Shown here piece after piece: positions 58,594 to 64,000 of a stretch of 64,000 nt of DNA. The first letter of the stretch is position 1. Each line of letters begins with the position of its first letter. Location of the stretch: sequence record PV252060.1; one strand, 5' to 3'. The position numbers and the translations under genes are program-made. Source of the DNA: Escherichia phage nithesis. A model generated the notes under the pieces. The model was not told the origin of the DNA. It searched no databases and saw only the letters and a program-made list of their open reading frames with translations.

Positions 58594-59646
58594 TTATCCG
58601 TGAATGTAGCGAGAGATATTAGCAGCAGCCTTACGCCATTCAGGAGTAGCCTGAAGATCTGGTAATGCATTGCCTACTGTACGGAAGTACAGAATCTTAT
58701 GGGTGAACGTTCTAAAACGTTCAATGTACTGAAGAACATCAACAAAGTTCTCTTCAGTAGTCTTGTTAGCCAAATGGTTAACAGTAGCCCAACACAGGTT
58801 GTTATCATCAGGTAGTGCACAGCCCAGAGGGTCTTTGACTACCTTCTCAATCGTAATTATACGATTGTATACCTGAGTAAACTGAACAAATTCTGTAGCC
58901 TTACCAGCAGTAACGTGTCCTGCATAGTAGATAGAATCTTCATCAGGAAGAGCACCTTCTGGTAAGTTCTTGAGGTCTTTGTTAACAAAGTCCCAGGTAC
59001 GAGGGCAACAGAACGTTTTGTTCTTATGTGCTGGGTCGAAGTCATGCAGATAACCAGGGTTAGCATGTAAGAATGCAACCAGACGTTCATCCCATTGCTG
59101 AGGAATCATTACGTCTTCAACAAAGATGTCGAAGTTAAGTTCCATTTCAAAGTGAACCACACGAGACTGCATTGCAGTACCTAATGGGTTAACAATGGCA
59201 CGGTCAGTAGCTTTATTACCTGCACAGACAATCATCACATTAGGATGAAGTTTTTTCTGACCAGTCATACGGTCTAGAATCAGTTTATATGCAGCAGCTA
59301 CTACTTCTTTCTTAGCTGAGTTGAACTCATCAAGGAATAAGAGCCAGCCATTATACCCTTCTGGTAATTCATCTCCCTCAATTGGGAATAAGTCAGCGAA
59401 TGGAATAAACTCTGCACGGTCACCATTACGGAATGGTAAACCAGACAGGTCTTCCGGGGCAGAAGTAGACAGACGATGGTCTATCAGTTTCATACCAAAT
59501 TCTTCTGCAATAGAACGAATGATTGCAGATTTACCCATACCAGGTGATGAAGTCAGGAACGGTACGTTACCTGCTTTCAAAGCACGGATAATAAAGTTAC
59601 GAGCTTGACGTGAATTACATACGGTCAAGGAGTCGATGCTTGTCAT
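58594..59646 (-). CDS. AAA+ ATPase (MoxR/AAA_5-like)
   Basis: 350 aa; Walker A SPGMGKSAI, Walker B LFLDEFN, sensor-like VCAGNKATD. Confidence 0.6.
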   Translation of the reverse strand: MTSIDSLTVCNSRQARNFIIRALKAGNVPFLTSSPGMGKSAIIRSIAEEFGMKLIDHRLSTSAPEDLSGLPFRNGDRAEFIPFADLFPIEGDELPEGYNGWLLFLDEFNSAKKEVVAAAYKLILDRMTGQKKLHPNVMIVCAGNKATDRAIVNPLGTAMQSRVVHFEMELNFDIFVEDVMIPQQWDERLVAFLHANPGYLHDFDPAHKNKTFCCPRTWDFVNKDLKNLPEGALPDEDSIYYAGHVTAGKATEFVQFTQVYNRIITIEKVVKDPLGCALPDDNNLCWATVNHLANKTTEENFVDVLQYIERFRTFTHKILYFRTVGNALPDLQATPEWRKAAANISRYIHG

Positions 59647-59680
59647 TTACTTACTCTCCTAAAGCTAATGGAATTACTGA

Positions 59681-60010
59681 TTAAGATTTGGTGCAGGGAT
59701 ATGCCTTGTGTACTGAGTACACAACAATTTGAGATGTATTCTTCATCTTGAGGATTGCAGAATCATAAATAACTACTTTGGCAATCTTAGGCAGAATGAC
59801 AGAATACTTAATACCTTCAGGAACACAGTTATTTGTACTCTCGATGTAAGAGATCATACTGCCCATGAAGAATCCTTGTCCGAACGCATCACGAGTGTCA
59901 TCCAGATAGGCCTGAGCACCTTCCAGAATTGGTTCTGGTTCAATTGCTTGTGCATTTGGAACCAAAGCTATCAGTGCAGCTACTGCAATACCTTTAAGTA
60001 AAGTTTTCAT
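59681..60010 (-). CDS. small secreted/periplasmic protein
   Basis: 109 aa with classical signal peptide MKTLLKGIAVAALIALVPNAQA. Confidence 0.4.
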   Translation of the reverse strand: MKTLLKGIAVAALIALVPNAQAIEPEPILEGAQAYLDDTRDAFGQGFFMGSMISYIESTNNCVPEGIKYSVILPKIAKVVIYDSAILKMKNTSQIVVYSVHKAYPCTKS

Positions 60011-60196
60011 TTAGTTACCTTTCATTTCATTGAGTTTAAGTACACCGATAGGGGTTAATGACCACCCAAGACCAGTATTGAACTGCACTAAGCCCAGTTT
60101 CTTAAGAGACTGTGCGGTTTTGTTATTACGGTTGCTGGTGGCAGAACCACCTTGAACCATACGAAGGAAAATAATCTGAGACTGGGTTAATTTCAC
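60011..60196 (-). CDS. small hypothetical protein
   Basis: 61-aa basic ORF abutting neighbours. Confidence 0.3.
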   Translation of the reverse strand: MKLTQSQIIFLRMVQGGSATSNRNNKTAQSLKKLGLVQFNTGLGWSLTPIGVLKLNEMKGN

Positions 60197-60453
60197 TCTT
60201 CTTCCTCTTCTTCGGGTAATACGGATAGATCAACCCCTAAATGTTTTAGGCGTTTCTCTAAGTCATCTATCTTCTTTTGATAAAATGCTACTAATTTAGG
60301 GTATATGCTTGCACGAGCTTGTATTCCTAAATCCGTATCACAGAAGGTTACTTTAATCATGTGAGGAGCTTTCTTCAGACTAGCCAATTGCTGCCGGTTG
60401 TCGTTGTACTCTTCATACAATTTTTCAACTAAACGTAGGTTGTGAATATTCAT
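60193..60453 (-). CDS. small hypothetical protein
   Basis: 86 aa, charged, coiled-coil-like. Confidence 0.3.
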   Translation of the reverse strand: MNIHNLRLVEKLYEEYNDNRQQLASLKKAPHMIKVTFCDTDLGIQARASIYPKLVAFYQKKIDDLEKRLKHLGVDLSVLPEEEEEE

Positions 60454-60671
60454 TTCTTCTCCGGTATGAACTGCATTATACAGTTTTGATTACGAGGGAT
60501 ATTCAATTCACATTCATACTTGAGGGTTTGTGTTACAGAGTTTGGGGTAGAACCAAAGTAGGTATTAGAAATAGCTACAAATCCTGCACCTATTAGACCA
60601 CCTAGCAAGAATGAGAAAAATGCAATCTCTTTATACATTTCCTGGCTCCAGATGTAGAAAACCCCAGTCAA
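60450..60671 (-). CDS. small membrane protein
   Basis: One predicted transmembrane helix (FFSFLLGGLIGAGFVAI). Confidence 0.3.
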   Translation of the reverse strand: MTGVFYIWSQEMYKEIAFFSFLLGGLIGAGFVAISNTYFGSTPNSVTQTLKYECELNIPRNQNCIMQFIPEKK

Positions 60672-60699
60672 TGCTGGGGTTTATCTATCAGTTTATGCT

Positions 60700-60960
60700 T
60701 TATAGGCCATGTGGTCGGCATAGACTACCCGAACCAAACGAACGGTGTCCAAGTCGGCCCAGGATTAGATTGCTTACTTCAGCAGCAGCACGGCTGAATG
60801 CTTTAAAGTCAAAGACTACGACACCAAAGAGTGGGGCTGCAATAGCAGCTACCATGATTGGCGTCAGGTCAACCAGTGACATACCCAAGATTAAGTGAGC
60901 AGCGTAGGCAATAATACCCATTCCAAAACCACAACCATATCCAATAGCAATTTTACGCAT
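60700..60960 (-). CDS. small membrane protein
   Basis: 86 aa, two hydrophobic segments. Confidence 0.3.
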   Translation of the reverse strand: MRKIAIGYGCGFGMGIIAYAAHLILGMSLVDLTPIMVAAIAAPLFGVVVFDFKAFSRAAAEVSNLILGRLGHRSFGSGSLCRPHGL

Positions 60961-61017
60961 AGTTACCTTCTTAGTTAGTAAGTTAATTAGTATTCATATA
61001 ACAGACAAACAATAGTC

Positions 61018-61044
61018 AAAAAAAAAAAAAAAAAAAAAAAAAAA
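61018..61044. repeat. 27-nt A/T homopolymer
   Basis: Uninterrupted run of 27 A on + strand (poly-T on minus strand) immediately next to the hairpin at 61045-61067. Confidence 0.9.
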
Positions 61045-61067
61045 GACCTCCCTTCAATATGGAGGTC
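61018..61067 (-). terminator. intrinsic terminator with unusually long T-tract
   Basis: GACCTCC-9 nt loop-GGAGGTC hairpin followed on the minus strand by T27; downstream of the gene ending at 61118. Confidence 0.6.
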
Positions 61068-61117
61068 AAACTTGAGGGTTTCATTTCAGGGTTTATAACC
61101 CCAAACAAAGAATACCC

Positions 61118-61951
61118 TTATTCTGCAACAGTAACAGGGATGGTTACATCGACAGTACCGTTGGTAACTACTACAGAAGTAGCATCACCAGCAGCTACTG
61201 GTTTAACTGTCAGGACATTGCCAGAAATGGTAGCTGTAGCACGTCCAGATTCTGGAGCAGTCTTGATAGACAAAGTACCGGAAGAGGAACCAACAGGCAT
61301 AGCAACAATTGTTACAGTCTTGCCAGCAACAGTATCGGCAGCAACAGACAGAGCCAGTGAATCAGGAGTAGCTACCAGAGAGCTTGCTTCGTAGTAGCCT
61401 ACAGCCAGCAGTGACTCATCTTCTACAGTGGTTACATTAGCATCTGTAACAATCACTTTATAAGTACCAGCAGAAGCAGCTGTTACGTCATTAAGGGTCA
61501 ATGTTGCAGTAGCAGCAGATGGGTTAGTACTGGAACTAATATCAGCGAATGCTGCACCAGCAGTATTTGCTTTGAATTGCCATTTATAAGTAAATGGTGC
61601 TTTACCACCTGCTACATCAACATGCCAGTTAATATCTTCACCTTCAATAGTGGAGACTACACGAGGCAGTTTGGTAGCAATGGTCAGTCGTGGAGTAGCT
61701 TTCATATCAATAGAGATAGACTGCATATCCACGATGTTGTTAGGCCAGAAGCCTTCTTCAGCAGGGTTTTTAGCAGAGCGTTTATATAGCAGATCACGAA
61801 CACTATGAAAGATAACTAAGCTATCTGGGTAAGTGGCATCTGGGTGTACAAAAGTACCTACTTCTACGGAACCACCTGGGATAGAACCACTGGCATCCAG
61901 TACAGTTGCAACATTAGTGGTTTTGTTAAAACCTACTTTCAAAGTTGGCAT
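61118..61951 (-). CDS. Ig-like (Big-type) domain protein
   Basis: About 278 aa from internal ATG with GAGGAA Shine-Dalgarno; Thr/Val/Ala-rich beta-strand-like repeats (TYKVIVTDANVTTVED, TVTIVAMPVGSSSGTLSI) typical of bacterial Ig-like domains. Confidence 0.4.
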   Translation of the reverse strand: MPTLKVGFNKTTNVATVLDASGSIPGGSVEVGTFVHPDATYPDSLVIFHSVRDLLYKRSAKNPAEEGFWPNNIVDMQSISIDMKATPRLTIATKLPRVVSTIEGEDINWHVDVAGGKAPFTYKWQFKANTAGAAFADISSSTNPSAATATLTLNDVTAASAGTYKVIVTDANVTTVEDESLLAVGYYEASSLVATPDSLALSVAADTVAGKTVTIVAMPVGSSSGTLSIKTAPESGRATATISGNVLTVKPVAAGDATSVVVTNGTVDVTIPVTVAE

Positions 61952-62025
61952 ATCAATTTCCTCATAAGTAAATAGCAGGATTAGTATACATGACATGTAA
62001 AAAAATAAACCCTCCGTTAAGAGGG

Positions 62026-62241
62026 TTAGTTGTTTACACAGTAGATAGCAAAAGCTATCCATCCTGCCATTACAAAGCAGCCAAGTGAGTATGCTCCATA
62101 GTAGCAGTAAGCAAACTTAGACTTGTGGGCATGAACTATTGTAGACAGAACCAGTACAGATAAAACTATCAGTATTAGCTGAAAGATTACTTCAAAAGGG
62201 ATTAGCATAGTTTTTACCTCCAAGCAAAAAATAGGCCTCAC
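62026..62241 (-). CDS. small membrane protein
   Basis: 71 aa, two hydrophobic segments; start likely internal. Confidence 0.3.
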   Translation of the reverse strand: MRPIFCLEVKTMLIPFEVIFQLILIVLSVLVLSTIVHAHKSKFAYCYYGAYSLGCFVMAGWIAFAIYCVNN

Positions 62242-62265
62242 TCCCGAAGGAATGAGGCTAGTTTA

Positions 62266-63483
62266 TTAACTTAATGCATAGTCAGTTTCAAGAATGTCCT
62301 GCCAGAGGCTGTCATCCAGCTTACCAGCAGAGAACTCTTGTCCTAGTACCTGTGACAGAATGAAGCCTAGCAGGTCACTCTTAGCAATGTCAGACAGAAT
62401 CTGATTGTACTGACGACGCAAGTCGTTGCCATAGTTAGGATGACAACGGAAGCAGTCATGTACAGTCATTACAGGGAAAGGTTTCTTAGGCATAGTATTG
62501 AGCATAGCTAAGATTACATCTGTATCTACCAATGCAATGGTTTCTGAGTCCAGATAATCAAGGATACGCGTAGACAGGAAGCCTGATTTCTCATAACTAG
62601 ACCACAGTGTATTAACCATTCCATAGTTATCATCAGAACCCACCATATAATCGCCAGTTCCTTCACAGAGGGATTTAATATAGTTCACCTGGTTCATGTC
62701 GAAGTTACAACGACGCAGCATCTCACGTACCACCATCCCATCAATAGAGTGAGTGATGTTAGCAGAGAGCATACGAGTCTTCTCTTCAGTACCCTGAACC
62801 ATACGAGTGATGTCGAATGGTTTACCTAAGAAGTTAACGGTCTGTACTTCTGGAACCATGACCTTAATGACAGCATGGAAGTTGTCAGGCAGTATCCATA
62901 CATAACGGTTGGCATCCGGGTTACCACATTGTAATAAGAACTTGTTAAGTGCCCAAGGACCACTAGCAACAGTTTCCATTACATTCTCAAAAGTCTTGAG
63001 ACGAATACCTTCACCGAATACTTCTTTAGGCTTAGCTTCTGAGCCGTAGAATGCAGTCATAACTGCCTGCTTAGTGTCACTACGTTTAATACGAGATGCT
63101 TCACCAAGGATGTCCAGCATCTTGTGATAGATAACTGTATAAGCATCACGACGTAATGGCTTACCATTCTCTCCCATGTAGTTAACTACGTTACACAGTT
63201 CAGCAGCAGAGCGGTCACCAGTTAGGCAGGCCAGTAACTGCAAGCCGGATGATGTAGCATCCAGAGCTACGGCATAACCGATAGGCTTACCTGCTTTCAT
63301 ATCTTTCCATGCGTTTACACCAGCAAAGAACAGAGCAGAATCTTCAGCTTCATCTACCAGATTAAGCAGGTTAGCTTCGTTTTCATCGAACCAGGCAATA
63401 CGCTCATCCCATGTCTTCTTATCTAAGCCATAGTTATTAGCGATATCTACTTTCAGGTATTCACGAGCGGTTAACAGTTGCAT
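62266..63483 (-). CDS. T7-like RNA polymerase, large (catalytic) subunit of split RNAP II (N4 gp16-like)
   Basis: 405 aa; VALDATSSGLQ matches T7 RNAP motif A (DGSCSGIQ), TVHDCF matches motif C (HDSFG); N-terminus aligns with the T7 RNAP region before motif A. Confidence 0.7.
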   Translation of the reverse strand: MQLLTAREYLKVDIANNYGLDKKTWDERIAWFDENEANLLNLVDEAEDSALFFAGVNAWKDMKAGKPIGYAVALDATSSGLQLLACLTGDRSAAELCNVVNYMGENGKPLRRDAYTVIYHKMLDILGEASRIKRSDTKQAVMTAFYGSEAKPKEVFGEGIRLKTFENVMETVASGPWALNKFLLQCGNPDANRYVWILPDNFHAVIKVMVPEVQTVNFLGKPFDITRMVQGTEEKTRMLSANITHSIDGMVVREMLRRCNFDMNQVNYIKSLCEGTGDYMVGSDDNYGMVNTLWSSYEKSGFLSTRILDYLDSETIALVDTDVILAMLNTMPKKPFPVMTVHDCFRCHPNYGNDLRRQYNQILSDIAKSDLLGFILSQVLGQEFSAGKLDDSLWQDILETDYALS

Positions 63484-63690
63484 TTTATGTTCCTTTTGCT
63501 TCTTGGCTCCCCACTATGGAGAGCCTGCTTATTGGATGATTAGGCAGTTACTACGTCAGCAGTTAGTTTATAAATAATGGTTTTACTTTCAGGGTTTTGA
63601 AGCTTGTAAAGCTTCTCAAAGTATAAGCACTTCACATATGTACCTGAGTAAACACATTCTTCATTAACCCATAGCTCATAAGAGCCAATG

Positions 63691-64000
63691 TTAGTCTTCA
63701 TTTACTAACTCCTTATCAGCGAATTCCAGTACAGCTTTGTTGTAGCTGGTTCCCTGAAAATTTATGTGGTAGCCACAGGCATATGTACGCCCACGTTTGT
63801 CGTATTTGTGAGCCAGGGAGAAGTTATTGCCTTCTTTGGTCACTAACTCCATTACTTCTTTAGCTGTACGGCTGTATTTCTCAAAGGCTTTAACACGTTT
63901 CTCATAGTCCTGACGGGTTTCCCCCTCTTTGGGTTTATCCATATTAGGACGTGAGTCTTTTACATAGTTAGCAACGTCCCAGTTAATGCAGAGACGTTGA
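63691..64000 (-). CDS. T7-like RNA polymerase N-terminal (small) subunit of split RNAP II (N4 gp15-like), 5-prime truncated by window
   Basis: KYDKRGRTYACGYHINFQG aligns with T7 RNAP NMDWRGRVYAVSMFNPQG; reading frame stays open to the window edge. Confidence 0.55.
   Translation of the reverse strand, partial: QRLCINWDVANYVKDSRPNMDKPKEGETRQDYEKRVKAFEKYSRTAKEVMELVTKEGNNFSLAHKYDKRGRTYACGYHINFQGTSYNKAVLEFADKELVNED

Noticed and set aside
1-64000. Looked for a CRISPR array, integrase/attachment site or known defence operon
   Set aside because: No regular direct repeat-spacer pattern and no tyrosine/serine recombinase-like ORF recognised; the window is consistent with a strictly lytic phage genome.

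Overview
This window reads as most of an N4-like (Schitoviridae-type) lytic podovirus genome; all calls are by eye from the sequence and ORF translations, with no database search run. Positions 1-33536 are one rightward (+) late module: terminase, two large tail fibre/tailspike proteins, a lysis cassette (holin candidates, GH108 endolysin, Rz-like spanin with an embedded Rz1-like lipoprotein ORF), portal, major capsid protein, virion proteins and a 3590-aa virion RNA polymerase, the family hallmark. A hairpin at 33542-33570 separates this from leftward (-) genes running from 64000 down to 33569: a split T7-like RNA polymerase II, rIIA/rIIB-like proteins, AAA+ ATPase with VWA/metallopeptidase partner, dCTP deaminase, ThyX, helicase, family A DNA polymerase, nuclease, primase-like protein, P-loop ATPase, SSB and a RuvC-like resolvase. 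Between the two modules sits a minus-strand cluster of four tRNA-like elements with non-canonical anticodon arms or body lengths, followed by about 1 kb with no convincing ORF. No integrase, CRISPR array or obvious defence operon was seen. The best candidates for something undescribed are the tRNA-like cluster and adjacent ORF-poor region, a lone opposite-strand gene inside the tail module (8460-9113), and blocks of small membrane/acidic ORFs in the early-middle region. Gene boundaries mostly follow the ORF track, with a few starts moved to internal Met codons.
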